A program made the translations under genes and the position numbers. From Eledone cirrhosa (lineage: Eukaryota), in contig OZ024748.1 of NCBI GenBank assembly GCA_964016885.1, positions 53,878,001 through 53,942,000 of the forward strand: a stretch of 64,000 nt of DNA, read 5' to 3'. This document shows, one piece after another, positions 12,830 to 27,185 of the stretch (position 1 is the stretch's first letter; each line of letters starts with the position of its first letter). A model generated the notes under the pieces. The model searched no databases, was not told the DNA's origin, and saw nothing but the letters and a program-made list of their open reading frames with translations.

Positions 12830-13240
12830 TATATTTCTAATGAAAGACACTGTCTATCTCCTTAACCCTTTCATTACTATGTTTCTAATGACAGACACTG
12901 TCTAAGTCATTAACCCTTTCATTACCCTATTTCTAATGAAAGACACTACCTATGTCATTAACCCTTTCATTACCCTATTTCTAATGACAGACACTACCTA
13001 TGTCATTAAAACTTTCATTACCATATTTCTAATGAAAGACAGTGCCTGTGATATTCAATTGATTTTTAAAATAATCAAGTATGTTGAGGGATTTAGTAAT
13101 ATAACTAATTTTTCAGTATTTAAGTGGCATTTGGAAAGTAACTTAACAAAGTATCTTCCATAAAATTATGATGGAAGGCTTTTAAATGCTTATAAACAAT
13201 TTAAAACAAGCAGTTTTGTATTGTAGAACCAGACAAGATT
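12830..13240 (+). mobile_element. TTAA-CCC-ended non-autonomous DNA element (piggyBac-like) with its terminus tandemly repeated (48-49 bp, about 4 times)
   Basis: ttaaccctttcattac... at 12862, 12910, 12958 and 13006; related sequence at 2313, 13500-13690 and 49150-49280. Confidence 0.5.
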
Positions 13241-13934
13241 AATGGTTTTGATACTATAACGGTCAATACCAGTTCTGGGTCTATGAGATAAAACCTTCCA
13301 TTTTAAAGAGTTCCTATTTAAATTTATATATTTTATATAAGAATCATACATTAAGTTACTATTTTAGTAATGAAATACTTATTATTTCAATGAATTAATG
13401 AAGAATTTTGAGGGATTTTCTAAAATTATGAACTATTTCATTAAGATACTGAATTAATATATAGTTCTTATAAAAAAAAAATTATGTTTGGAACCTTTTA
13501 ATTTAAATAGAAACACTTTAAAATAGATGATTTTGTTTCATAGAACCAGAGGTATTTTTGGTTGGGTTGGAATGGAAAGGGTTATCAAAGCTTCTTACAT
13601 AAAATTATAATGGAAGGTTTTTAGATAAATATAAACACTTTAAAGCAAACAGTTTTGTATGATAGAACCAGGGGTGGTTTCAGGCAGTAATGCAGGATTT
13701 CATTAAGATTTAGTAAACTATCTACAGAAGATCAAGTGACTCAATATACTCTATCAGATACTCTATCAATAATTAACCCTTTAAACATCAACCTACACTA
13801 AACCACTTCTATTAAATTGTTCACATTTAAATTCAAACCTTGAAATGAAATCTCATTACAAGATGACAGGTAATATTAGATTTCAGTAGATAATTCTTTA
13901 ATGTTTCTTTTATAAAATTGAAAATGAGGAATGT

Positions 13935-14290
13935 GTGCGGCAGAATTACTGCTTTGTGAGATTTATTTTGGCTCCTTACGTTCTGAGTTCTAATCATACT
14001 GAGTAACACACTTAGGTCAATTTAATCGACTTTCCCCTACACCCCAAATTGTTAACCTTAGGCCTAAACCAGAAACTATTAAGGGTGATGGATTGTCAGT
14101 AAGAGCAGAGCATCAGACGACATGCTTACGTTAATTTACGTTTTGATTTCAAATCTTGCCGAGGTTAGCTTTATCTGTCATCCTTCAGAGGTGGTCAATA
14201 AAATAAAGTACCAGTTACACACTGGGGTCAATTTAACAACTTCCCCTCCCCAAAATTGTTGCCATTGTACCTAAATCAGAAACCATTATT
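13935..14290 (+). mobile_element. Two degenerate SINE family A copies
   Basis: B-box-like motifs and aataaaataaagtaccag core. Confidence 0.7.
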
Positions 14291-15458
14291 AACTTGAAAC
14301 TTAGTTATTTTAATAAGCCTCTCATTATTCTTGATTACGATAAATATTTTCATCATCCAGTTTTTGATTATGCAGGACACAATTAATCCCTAAGTATGGG
14401 TGGGTCCTGTCTGACATCGCTCCTTAGGATCCCACTCCATGTGTTTCTGTCTGTTGGTCTCACTTGGGACCAGGCCAAGCCTAGTTTGATCCCGACAGAT
14501 ATCCCCCATTCAAGTCCTTTTTGATAATTAAAATACAAAGGTGGAATATTCTTGTTAGAAATATGGTCACAAAAACGTTACATCAATGCTTAATAACTAT
14601 TAATTCATATTGTTGTGAGATTTCTACCACAAATATGTCCAAAGCCCCTCGCCCTAGATTGATGGTGGCGATGGTGATAGTGGTGGTGGTGGTGGTGGAA
14701 GAGGAGATTGGACAAGGCTAATGATAAATTTATAAAGATACAAAAATCTTCTTCATATATTTTTTTTGTAAACACTTCAGTCTTATTTCTCCTATAACCA
14801 GGATTATATTCAATAATAAATGATATATATCTCCATATTTCTAGCAGAAAAATGAAAAAAAAAAAAGCCTAGGAAAACACAAACACAAATGAAATAAAAA
14901 AATTGATTTTAATATATCTGCTTGTATTTTTTTGTTGTTGTTGTTGTTTTTTTTTTCAAGAGAAGAATTTTACCAAATATACCTTGCTTATTAATAATAT
15001 AGATTGTTCTCCTCCCACACACAAACTAAATTGACAAAATATTTTCTAACGCTTTATTAAAACATATTTGAATGATTCCAAGCATACATGTCTATCTTCA
15101 TCTTCGATTATGTGTGTGTGTGTGTATATAAATATTTGTGTGTGTGTGTGTGTGTATATATATTTGTGTGTGTGTATATGTATATTTGTGTGTGTGTGTA
15201 TATATATACTTGTGTGTGTGTGTGTATATATATATTTGTGTATGTGTATATGTATATTTGTGTGTGTGTGTATATATATATTTGTGTGTGTGTATATGTA
15301 TATTTGTGTGTGTGTGTATATATATATTTGTGTGTGTATATATATATATATATTTGTGTGTGTGTGTATATGTATCTATCTCTATATATATATATAAATA
15401 TGTATATGTATGTATGTAAATATCTACATGTATGTATATATGTATTTAAATATGTGTG

Positions 15459-15489
<31 letters not shown>

Positions 15490-15871
15490 ATATGTATCTA
15501 TCTATATATACATATATGTGCGTGCGTGTGTATGTTCTATATATGTGTATATATGTACACACTCACACACTCAAAGAGAGAGATGGCTAACTAAGACATC
15601 ATATGTTCCCCTTTTTTTCCTTTGTTTCCCTCTTTCTTATCTCTCTTTCCTTCTCCCAAACATCCTCTCTTTCCTCTTCTTCTATTTTCTGGTAAAGAAG
15701 TACTGTGTAAAATTTTATGACTCTTTTCCAACTCTATCAAGCATTAAACTAATATACCATTGTTCTATTGTATTGTTCTCTTGTATTGTTGACAATACAC
15801 GCACACATACACACATATATATATATACATATATGCACACACACACATAAAAATATATATATATATACACA

Positions 15872-15926
<55 letters not shown>

Positions 15927-16117
15927 GCATCTGTGACAATAATATATTTTGTAATTGAAAAATATTATATTTTGTGATATATTTAGCTATTTGTTACGAT
16001 TAGTGTTTTCATTGTAATTTAAGAAGATTCCATATATCTATCTATTATACACACTATATATATATATATATATATATACACATACATACATATATACATA
16101 CATACATATATATATAT

Positions 16118-16587
16118 AAATGAAGCTTGCATGCTCCGATGGATGTGTAATAGTAATATACGCGAACGGCAAAGTATGAATGAATTGAGAGAGAGACTGA
16201 GCATAAGAGGAATCAAATGCTGTGTGCAGGAGAGGCGGTTGCGTTGGTATGGACATGTGATGCGTTTGAAGGATGACAGTTGCATAAAAAGGTGATAAAT
16301 AGACAATATGCCCCCACACCCCCCACCGCAAGGTGGTCGTGGAGGTGCCACGGCAAAAAAGCACCCAGCCCACACTGTAAAGTGGACGTGTAGGCGCCAC
16401 GAAAAAGCACCCAGCACTCACTGTAAATGAGGTTGGTGTTAGGAAGGGCATCCATCTGTAGAAATCAAGCCAAATCAGTTCCTGTATGAGCAAGGCATGG
16501 TCAGCCGACCAGACACTGCCCACAACAGGAAAACCCGTCTAACCCATGCTAGCGTGGAAGAACGGACGTAAAACGGTGATGATGATG

Positions 16588-16588
<1 letters not shown>
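16118..16588 (+). mobile_element. RTE LINE fragment (RT C-terminal coding + 3' end, tail type 2)
   Basis: Reads NEACMLRWMCN...ELRERLSIRGIKCCVQERRLRWYGHVMR; tail cccatgctagcgtggaagaacggacgtaaaac(gat)n. Confidence 0.85.
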
Positions 16589-16624
<36 letters not shown>

Positions 16625-17189
16625 TATATGTATATATATAGTGTGTGTAAGCATATAACCATTTTATATATGATATGCAACACCATTTTATCATATAAAA
16701 TTACCACTCATTTCACACAAAATATACAATAAACATTTTTCACATATAATACTCACCACCATTTTTACTGACAATGTACTAATACAAATTTTTTACATAC
16801 AGTTTTTACATTTACTACATTACACCATTAGTAGACACAAAATACGCCATTTTTTATATGAACACATCGACCATTCTTACACCTGACATCCACAATCATT
16901 TTTACACCCAACATTCAACACTATTGTTACATACTTTATAAAATATCATATTTACACATAATAAACTATAAACATCTTTATACACTTTACAAAACACAAT
17001 ATTGTTTTATATATTAAGTTTGTAAAAAAATTCCCTGAAAAATATTCTAACATCTATAAAAATGTTCATCACATGTTTGAAACTTGCCAAGCTAGTTGTA
17101 AACCATTTAATGCACTGGGATAATTGCTGGCCTTGTGCCAAAAGTAGAAACAATTATTAATGTTTAGTTATTCCTAACCAATACAACTA

Positions 17190-17470
17190 ATCTAAAGTCT
17201 AAAGTCTGTCTCAAGCCTGGGTGCTCATCAGCCCGGCATTTATGCTGGTTTCTGTGGCTTTAAGTGACTGAGAGTACATGACTCCCCACTAGAGAAGACA
17301 CCAGTCCATCATGAGGTTAAACCCCCAGCTAATGCTGGTACTGGTACTGCTGAGTATACTGGATCAATGTGAAATGAAGCTCAAGAACACAATACACAAC
17401 CTAGTCCAGGAATTAAACCTACAACATTATTATCATAAGTCCAACACCCTTACCACTAGACAATGTGCCT
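17190..17470 (-). mobile_element. Degenerate tRNA-derived SINE family C with (CTTTAGA)n tail
   Basis: Minus-strand head aggcacattgtctagtggtaagggtgttg..., CORE-like ttgtgttcttgagc, short tandem tail. Confidence 0.6.
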
Positions 17471-17829
17471 ACAGTCAATATAACTAAGCTGCATGTACTA
17501 AAGAATGGTTTTAAATATGGTCAATCTTATCTTAGACTTAATTAGATTTAGATCTTCCTGTACTCTGTAGTATCTTTGGTGACAAGCTTTCTCCAATGCA
17601 CTCAATCCACTGTTGCTCTTTTGCATCCATTCCAGTTGATGTTGACAGACTTTCAAGTTGTTTTGAAATGTCCACCAATCACACAACACCTTGACCAACT
17701 GTCGGTAACACTTTTGATACCAACCTGGCCAAATCTGGTTCTCGATCTATGAAATAAAATTTCCCATTTTAAAGAATAAAGAAACAAAAGCTGGATATAT
17801 GAAAACTGAAACTGCGGTTACTCTTAGTG

Positions 17830-18470
17830 AATATCTTCAGGAGAGTTCAAGCTGGAGGTGCCGTTGATGGTTACCTGTGGAAGATTGTCATGTCTTGGAT
17901 ACTGATAGTGTCTCAAATTGTAGGTAGTCTTCTTAGATACTTTAGGAGATTGTCAAGCTGTGGGGACTTATGGGGGATTCCTTTGAAAGACTGCCAATCA
18001 CTAGGTTCTTTTGGAAGGGTGCTAAACTGTAGGTATCTTTGCTGAACACATTTGGAATCAAGCTGTTGGTATCCTTGCTGACTACATATCGGAGATTTTC
18101 AAGTCCTTGGTTACTTACTCTGGGTTGGTACTTTTGGAAGAGTGTCTTGCCATGGGTGCTCTTAGTGGGTACCTTTAGAAGAGTTTCAAACCCTAGGTAT
18201 TCTTGGTAGGTACCTTTAAAAAAGTGTCAAGCTCTGGGCATACTTGGTGGGTACATTTAGAAGAGTCCCAAGATCTGGGTACTCTTGGTGGGTACATTTA
18301 GCAGAGTTCCAAGCCCTGGGTATTCTTGGTGGGTACCTGTAGAAGAGTTCCAAGCCCTGGGTACTCTCGGTGTGTACCTTTAGAAAAGTGTCAAGTTATG
18401 TGTACTTTCGGTGGGTACCTTTAGAAGAGTGCCCATCTCTGAGTATCTAGTTAAGTACCCTTGGAACAGC
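17830..18470. repeat. Degenerate 41-bp tandem repeat
   Basis: The gtacc/gtaca motif recurs every 41 bp from 18170 to 18416. Confidence 0.85.
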
Positions 18471-18697
18471 ATAATATTTGTAAATAGTTGTGATATAGGA
18501 TTTCTGGATAAAAGATCTCTTGGTACACATCTCAGTACACATAACGACCACATAAAGACCAAAGATGAGGGGCAGTTTGCTAGACAACTGATGTTATAAT
18601 GGTATTGATGATGATGATGATGAGGAGGAAGAGAAAGAGAATATATTTGTATTGATTTAGCATTATCTCGATAATCATCTATTTATATATATATAGA

Positions 18698-18730
<33 letters not shown>

Positions 18731-18733
<3 letters not shown>

Positions 18734-18815
18734 CGAAGGAAATGTGGTAAGGAAACAGATGGACCAGAATTAGCCATCGAAACGGCTTGAGCTCAGCCGT
18801 CGGGTCCTACTTGTT

Positions 18816-18817
<2 letters not shown>
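18731..18817 (+). mobile_element. Short TA-embedded element, family X
   Basis: Homologous to 25663-25833, 54929-55193 and 55606-55693. Confidence 0.7.
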
Positions 18818-18883
<66 letters not shown>

Positions 18884-18928
18884 ATTATGTAAAGATTAAT
18901 ATATTATGTTATCTGCAATTTGTATGTG

Positions 18929-18961
<33 letters not shown>

Positions 18962-18964
<3 letters not shown>

Positions 18965-19269
18965 TAAAAAGAAAAGAAAATGCTGACAAATTGTTCCCAG
19001 TGAAAAATAGTTTAATTAGGAATAAGTAAAAATTAGTTTTGGTTTTAAGTTTTTACCGGTTGCGCATTTCTAATGCTTTTCAAAAATAATTTTGAGATAG
19101 AACGTCCGTCATGTTTGCTCTAATCCAGATTAGAGCAAACATCACGCAACCGGTAAAACTTAAAACCAAAACTGAATACTAACCAATACTATTACTAATT
19201 TTTACTTATTCCTAATTAAACTATTTTTCACTGGGAACAATTTGTCAGCATTTTCTTTTCCTTTTACCA
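18962..19269. mobile_element. Fold-back element with arms of about 100 bp, in (TA)n
   Basis: tggtaaaa.gaaaagaaaatgctgacaaattgttcccag... is reverse-complemented at 19145-19269. Confidence 0.85.
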
Positions 19270-19411
19270 CTATATCATAACTCGTGTGTTACACCTCTAT
19301 TCTTTTAAATATATATATATATACATTTGTGGAAGTGTACACATATGCAATTATGCATATATCTTGGTATATATGTTGTATGTATGTAAGTATATTTGTA
19401 CATATGCATGT

Positions 19412-19470
<59 letters not shown>

Positions 19471-19682
19471 CATGTACCTATCTATCTTTCTCTCTCTCTC
19501 TTTCTCTCTATTATATATGTATATATATAAGTAAGCATGTACCTATCTCTCTCTCTCTATATATATATCATCATCATCATCGTTTAACGTCCATTTTCCA
19601 CGCTAGCATGGGTATATATATACATATAGATATATATATATAAAGTATGCATGTATCTATCAATCTTTATGTATATATATCA

Positions 19683-19715
<33 letters not shown>

Positions 19716-20023
19716 TATATGTGTATATATATATGTGTGTGTGTGTATACATATTATTGGTACAAATGTAATGCCATTTCTTCTTAAACAACACTTCCAA
19801 CTAGCCTCTAGTCAGACAGATGAAACAGCAGTGGCTATGATTCATGATGAGAATTTTTACCATTTTACTTGGTTCTGAAGAAAAACTTGATGTGTTGAAA
19901 GAATTTTAGAAGAATTACTCCTTCTTAACCAATATTGAAGAACTGTAAACGCCACAGAACTTTTGAACTAAGTAACCTTTGATTTGTTCTTTTGTTAGCA
20001 GATACTATATTATTATATTTAGA

Positions 20024-20135
<112 letters not shown>

Positions 20136-20648
20136 CACACACACACATATACATACATATATACATAAACACACACGCAAACACACACACATATATATGT
20201 ATCTATATGTGTGTGTAGTTATGAGATGAATATATATATATATATATATATATTCCTATATGTATATGTATGAGTGTGGAAAATGAATGTAAATGGTGAT
20301 GATGATGATATATATGTATGTGAGTATATGTATGCAAATATACATACATACACATAAACACATACATTTGTATATAGACATATGAATGCGTAAACAGACA
20401 CAGACATACATACGTAAACTTCACTCACATTTATTCAATTAATTCACTGTATGTCCAATATATTAACGAGTAGATATGTGTTTGAAAGAAAGTGTATACC
20501 TGTGTTTATATGTAGTATATGTATAAATGGGTAGCCACATTCATGGATATATGTACACAAACACATATGTAAGTATATATATATATATATATATACATAC
20601 ATACACATATATTATATGGATATATATACATATATATTATATGTAAAT

Positions 20649-21025
20649 ATCATCATCATCATCATCATCACCGTTTTACGTCCGTTCTTCCACGCTAGCA
20701 TGGGTTAGACGGGTTGTCCTGTTGTGGGCAGTGCTCACACAGGAACTGATTCTGGCTTGATTTCTACAGCTGGATGCCCTTCCTAACACCAACCTCATTT
20801 ACAGTGAGTGCTGGGTGCTTTTTTTCCATGTCACTTCCATGATCAATTTGTAGTGGAATGACAGGGACCCCAGTCATATCATCTCATTTCTACAGCTGAG
20901 TAAACTGTAGCAATGTGAAATAAAGTGTCTTGCTCAAGGAAACAACACATCACTCGGTCTGAGAATTGAACTCACAACCTTTCGATTGCAAGGCCAATGT
21001 TCTAACCACTAAGCCATGCGCCTTC
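20649..21025 (-). mobile_element. SINE family B, tail type 2
   Basis: Same head and body as the 8991 copy; tail cccatgctagcgtggaagaacggacg. Confidence 0.9.
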
Positions 21026-21090
21026 ACAATATATATATATATATGTATGTGTATGTGTATATATATGTATGTGTATGTATATATATATGT

Positions 21091-22030
21091 ATCATCATCG
21101 TCATCATCATCGTTTAACGTCCATATTCCACGCTTGCATGGGTTTGGACGGGAGTTTTCCCACTTGAGGCAAGAGTGGTTGTCTTGCTTGCATTGGACTG
21201 TCTGGCGGGTTTTCTACGGCTGGATGCCCTTCCTAACACCAACCACATTTACAGTGTGGTACTGGGAGGTTTTTACCGTGTTACCTACACGGCCACATTA
21301 CAGCGTGGACTGTGTGTCTTTTTGTCGTGACACCTACACGACCTCATTTGTTTTGGGATGGATGTTGTGGTACCAACATAACTTTACATTGAAAGGGGTG
21401 GTGTGAATGGGTTGGGGGTAGTGGGACGGGGGTGTATTTTGTTAGAGGTGCCTACTGACTGTAGTAGGTTTCACTTTGTACTTAGGTAAGGCGGGTCTTC
21501 TCTATTACTGTGTAGCGCCAAAGATCTCGGTCCAGTGACATTGTCTTGGAGAGATGTAAGTGTGTGAGGTCGGAATTTATCAAGTCGTCCCAGGTTTTTC
21601 TGGGTCTGCCTACTGTGTGGCTACCATCTATTTTTATTGCCCTGCAGTTTTTTATACAGCTGTTGTCTTTCATGCACATCACGTGACCATACCAACGTAG
21701 CCTTCTCTCGAGTATTTCTATAGAACCATCTGTGCAATGGAATGAGCTAGTATTCTGTGGGCACTTGCTGCTACTTATTGCACCAGAGCACCGGCCACAA
21801 ATAAAATCTATGTTCTTAGTTAGCTTACCTGTGATCCCACTACATCTTTTATGCACCCATACTTTGCATTTGGGACATAGAATGGAGTTTCTACCTACTC
21901 CTTTCCTACACACTGAGCATGGCCATTTCTCGGATGGGACCGGCGCCCTATTTGCCTTCCTACAAACTAGAACTTTAGTTTTAGACAGGTTAATTTTAAG
22001 GCCTTTTGATTCTAGGCCATGCTTCCATGT
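21091..22030 (-). mobile_element. RTE LINE 3' part with PHD finger, internally deleted
   Basis: GLKINLSKTKVL, then C4HC3 (CSVC..CPKC..HKRC..CGRC), then RRLRWYGHV..GRPRKTW..DRDLWR; 3' UTR with type 2 tail. Confidence 0.9.
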
Positions 22031-22067
22031 TTGTGTATATGTATATATATATGTGTATATATATATA

Positions 22068-22387
22068 TGGTTAGAGCATTGGCCTTGCAATCGAAAGGTT
22101 GTGAATTCAATTCTCGGACCGGGTGATGTGTTGTTTCCTTGAGCAAGACACTTTATTTCACATTGCTACAGTTTACTCAGCTGTAGAAATGAGATGACAG
22201 GGACTGGGGTCCATATCATTCCACTGTAAAGTCGACGTGGAGGTGCCACGGCAAAAAAGCACCCAGCACTCAATGTAAATGAGGTTGGTGTTAGGAAGGG
22301 CATCCAACTGTAGAAATCAAGCCAGAATCAATTCCCGTCCCACCCTTGCAAGCAGGGAAAAGCGGACGTAAAATGAAATGAAATGAA

Positions 22388-22393
<6 letters not shown>
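22068..22393 (+). mobile_element. SINE family B, tail type 1
   Basis: tggttagagcattggccttgcaatcg...ccttgagcaagacac...gcggacgtaaaatg. Confidence 0.9.
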
Positions 22394-22424
<31 letters not shown>

Positions 22425-22561
22425 GTATATGTATATATATATGTATATATATATATATATATATACATGTATATGTATATATATATATATATATATACAT
22501 GTATATGTATATATATATATATACATGTATATGTATATATATATATATATACATGTATATG

Positions 22562-22592
<31 letters not shown>

Positions 22593-22637
22593 ATGTATAT
22601 ATATATATATATATACATGTATATGTATATATATATG

Positions 22638-22668
<31 letters not shown>

Positions 22669-22697
22669 ATGTATATATATATATATACATGTATATG

Positions 22698-22728
<31 letters not shown>

Positions 22729-22847
22729 ATGTATATATTTATATATATATGTATATATATACATGTATATGTATATATATGTATATATATACATATACAT
22801 GTATATGTATATATATACATATATATACATATACATGTATATATATA

Positions 22848-23152
22848 TTTTGGTAAATATCATCTTGGTTAAGAGAGTGGGACTGGCTTTGTGCAGTGCC
22901 TTTGCTCACTATAAAAGCTTCACGGCACAGGCATTGCTTTATATCTGGAGATCTCTCTGCATTTGTCATCACATGGTACCATGGGCCCAGCGCTGTGTGT
23001 CAATAATTGTCACAAGTGTAGTGTTTGTACCAGAGTTTTCAAGTCGCTGGCTGGACTAAAAAGTCACACTCGTTCAGCGCATCGGTAGGAGTTCTCCTAC
23101 ATGGATATAAAGTAGTGGCCATACTCGAAAACGAGTTGGCAGCCACCATGTA
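22848..23152 (+). mobile_element. Non-autonomous RTE-derived element (UTR-like part + C2H2 C-terminus + 3' end)
   Basis: Ends in [23 protein letters not shown]; inverted near-identical copy at 33266-33570. Confidence 0.75.
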
Positions 23153-23204
23153 TATATATATATATATACATGTATATGTATATATATATATACATGTATA
23201 TGTA

Positions 23205-23254
<50 letters not shown>

Positions 23255-23258
23255 CATG

Positions 23259-23306
<48 letters not shown>

Positions 23307-23415
23307 TATGTATATATATATATATATATGTACATGTATATGTATATATATATATATATATATATACATATATATGTATATATATATACATATATATGTA
23401 TATATATATATATAG

Positions 23416-25152
23416 TATAACTTTGAATAACTTTGAAATGTTTTGGCCAGTATTGGCCCAGGCCATGTCTAACTTAATAGCACCACCTGGCGAAGTCTTT
23501 CAATTCAGGATTTGGGCACCATGGCCCATTCGAGAAGAGAATTACTGTTTGCGGAGACATATCCGGGTGTGGGTGGTTTGTCCGGGATTACTTGGAGGAA
23601 TTTGTCCAAAGACTTCTTGAATTTTGTGTGGTCAGTTTCTGTTTTGACGTGTCCTGGTGTGATGTTGAAGAGAGCAAGGCCGATTGAGGTGAAATAATTG
23701 TGCCGTATTGTTGTTATGAGTTGCGATTTAGATTTTTTAATGGGACGGATAGCACGGGGCCTAAGCCTTGGGTGTATCTTGAAGGCGATGCCAACATCAT
23801 TTGGGCAGTGATGATGGAACATTTTCCACATCATGCAGATAATATAACGCTCACGGCGACGTTGGAGTGAGTAAAGTTTCAGGTTTTCTAATCGACCCTA
23901 GTAGTCAAGGTCTGACATGCCATCTATCTTTTTCGTGATTGCCCTTTGAGGAGCTTCAAGTTTCATGATACCTTGTTTCGTGTGGGGAGACCACAGTGGA
24001 CAACAGTATTCAAGGTGTGGTCGGGCGAAAGTAGAGAAGAGAAGGATAATGGTGCGGGAATCTCTCGACTGGAAGGTTCTGAGGATCCAGGAACACATTC
24101 TGCGGGCCATGTCAACTTTGCTGCTTATATGCGTGGTCCAGCTTATGTTGCTGTCCACGGTTACTCCCAAGTCTCTGATGTTGTTAGATGCCACGAGAGT
24201 TTCCCCGGAGGGAAGGGAGTACGGGAGTTTCAGAGCATCCTCTTTTCCAAAGTGGATCAGTTCGAATTTGTCTTCGTTCAGTAACATGTTGTTCTTTTCT
24301 GCCCATTGGGTAACATCCAGTAGGTCTGACTGAAGGCTTATCCGGTCATCCACGCCATTGATGACCTTTTGGAGCTTGGAATCATCAGCGAAAATTTTAA
24401 TGTTGCTGTGTTTTATGATGTCAGTGATGTCATTAATATAGATGATGAAGAGAAGTGGGCCCAACACAGTGCCTTGTGGGACCCCACTACTGACTTTGGC
24501 TGGGCTTGATTTGACTCCCTCAACTACAACATGTTGGTTCTGTTTGACAGGAAGCTCTTGATCCACTGCAGCAGCTTTCCAGTGACACCAATATTGGACA
24601 GCTTTCTCAGTAGAATGTTATGATCAACCCTGTCAAAGGCCTTGATGAAATCAAGGTAGATAACATCAGTGTTGGAACCCTCTCCCAAGGCTCTCAAAAT
24701 GTCATCAAAGTGATGCAGTAGCTGCGTTAGGCAATCCCTTCCATTACGGAATCCATGCTGGTTGGAGTTCAGCATATTGTTACTCTCAAGGAAGTGGGTC
24801 ATTCGCGATCTCACCACTCGCTCAAATACCTTAATGATATGAGAGGTGAGTGAGATTGGACGGTAATTCACGGCAAGGGATTTGTTTCCCTTTTTGAAAA
24901 CTGGGACAACAGACTGGGATAGAAGGTTTTCTGGCACATATCCAGCATCCAGTGAGTTCCGCCACAGATTGGCAAGAGGAGATGCAAGTTGGTGTTGACA
25001 CGCCTTCAAGACACAAGCAGGGAACCTATCGGGACCTACTGCTGAATTATGCTTGATTTCCTTTATTGCTGCCAAGACATCAGGGGCGCCAAACGTTATG
25101 TCCGATAAGGTGTAATGGGGAGTAACATCGCCGATACAGCCCAGATCGGCCA
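23416..25152 (-). pseudogene. 5'-truncated CR1/L2-group LINE reverse transcriptase (1 frameshift, 1 nonsense)
   Basis: [46 protein letters not shown]; frameshift near 24535, TAG at 23898, (TTCAAAGTTA)2 tail; (TA)n on both flanks. Confidence 0.93.
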
Positions 25153-25199
25153 TATCATATATATGTATATATATATATATACATATATACATATACATG

Positions 25200-25233
<34 letters not shown>

Positions 25234-25244
25234 CATATATACAT

Positions 25245-25342
<98 letters not shown>

Positions 25343-25367
25343 ATATATATATATATTTACATGTATA

Positions 25368-25448
<81 letters not shown>

Positions 25449-25464
25449 ATATATATATATATAT

Positions 25465-25523
<59 letters not shown>

Positions 25524-25632
25524 CGAACTATAAAACACACAGAATACTTATTCATAGAAAATTGTCCCATAAATAGAGATTGCATTGAAACAAATTATAT
25601 TTGAAATATCTCATTGAGTTTATCTATATATA

Positions 25633-25662
<30 letters not shown>

Positions 25663-25664
<2 letters not shown>

Positions 25665-25831
25665 AGAAAGAAGGTGTGGTAAGATACCAGGTGGACCATA
25701 ACGCACCAGAGTACTCAATACTTAGGGTAGTAGAGTAGGTAATATGAAAAGAGTGAGGACCCCGACGACTGATCTCCGGCCATTTCGACAGCTAGATCCG
25801 AACTAGCTGTCGAAACAGTCGGACTCTTTTC

Positions 25832-25833
<2 letters not shown>
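25663..25833 (+). mobile_element. Family X element with an internal inverted duplication
   Basis: gaaggtgtggtaagataccagg... shared with the 55044 copy; tatgaaaagagt/actcttttcata and gacagctag/ctagctgtc inverted pairs. Confidence 0.7.
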
Positions 25834-25892
<59 letters not shown>

Positions 25893-26007
25893 TACATATA
25901 TATACACATTGGGTGTCTCCCAAAAATATATACACACATCAACAGAATTCTAATGTATATATATATATATATAAATGAAATGCATATGTCACAACACAAA
26001 TGACTAT

Positions 26008-26190
26008 AATTGTTTCTACTTTAGGCACAAGGCCAGCAATTACCCAGTGCATTACTGGTACTTTATTTTATCGACCCCGTAAGGATGAAAGGCAAATTTA
26101 ACCTCGGCAGGATTTGAACTCAGTCCGTAAAGGGACATAACTGTGCTGCAAAGCATGGCGTCTGACCCTCTACCATTACTGCCAATCCAA
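26008..26190 (-). mobile_element. SINE family A
   Basis: Reverse complement of the family A consensus. Confidence 0.9.
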
Positions 26191-26676
26191 CGTCCTTAAA
26201 TAACTATAATAATAGTTAATTACATTAAGTAATATTTGAGAAAATTAGGTCAACTCTTCCTGGGATTGGTAATAATGGAGAGTGGCACCTACAGGGAAGA
26301 TGCTGCGCTCTACTATTTACCATTGTCAAGGGGGTAGCTGGACTGTTGATATAGATATTTCTTTTGTGATGCACACAATTTCAAATTGTAAATATTCTCA
26401 ATGCTTCTTAAGTCGACATTAGACAAACACACACATATACATACATACACACATACACATACACACATACATACACACACACATACATGCATACATACAT
26501 ACATACACACATATACACACATACACACACACACATACACACACACACACATACACAGAGACATATATACATACACATACATACATACAAGTATGTATGT
26601 ATATGTGAAAGAAATCAATATATATAAACTATGATGTAGGATGGTCTAATTATTGTTCTGACTAAAACGTAAAACT

Positions 26677-26744
<68 letters not shown>

Positions 26745-26872
26745 AACAACACTGTTTATATATATAAATATATATGTGTTTGTGTGTGTGTGTATGTGTA
26801 TATATATACATATATATATCTATCTATATATATATGTATATAAATAACACTGTGTACATATATATAAAAATG

Positions 26873-26912
<40 letters not shown>

Positions 26913-27149
26913 AAGAAGAAAAGGAAGAGAGAAGATATAGAAAGTATAAGAGTGATATTAAAAGGGAACGTAAATTCCAGTAAATCTATTTTGCCTGACC
27001 ATATAGAAATGATGGAATGATCATTCTAAAAAGAAAGACATTTACCGAAAGCAAAGATGACCAGTGTTAGTGAAATTATGGCTAATTTCAGCTAATAGAC
27101 ATCCATGCCATACACCGACTATTAACCAACATCAATGACCCTTCTTTGG

Positions 27150-27185
<36 letters not shown>

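Noticed and set aside
17215-17260. GAAACC...CTGATGAGC in the SINE-C tail as a permuted hammerhead
   Set aside because: No UH site or stem I in the required order; it resembles an ordinary SINE tail hairpin.
17498-17698. 66-aa ORF as a real gene
   Set aside because: No recognisable motif, and it lies between repeats.
19870-19912. CTGAAGA...GAAAGAATTTTA as a hammerhead
   Set aside because: Stem I is only 2 bp and stem II is weak; it may be a decayed copy but cannot be supported.
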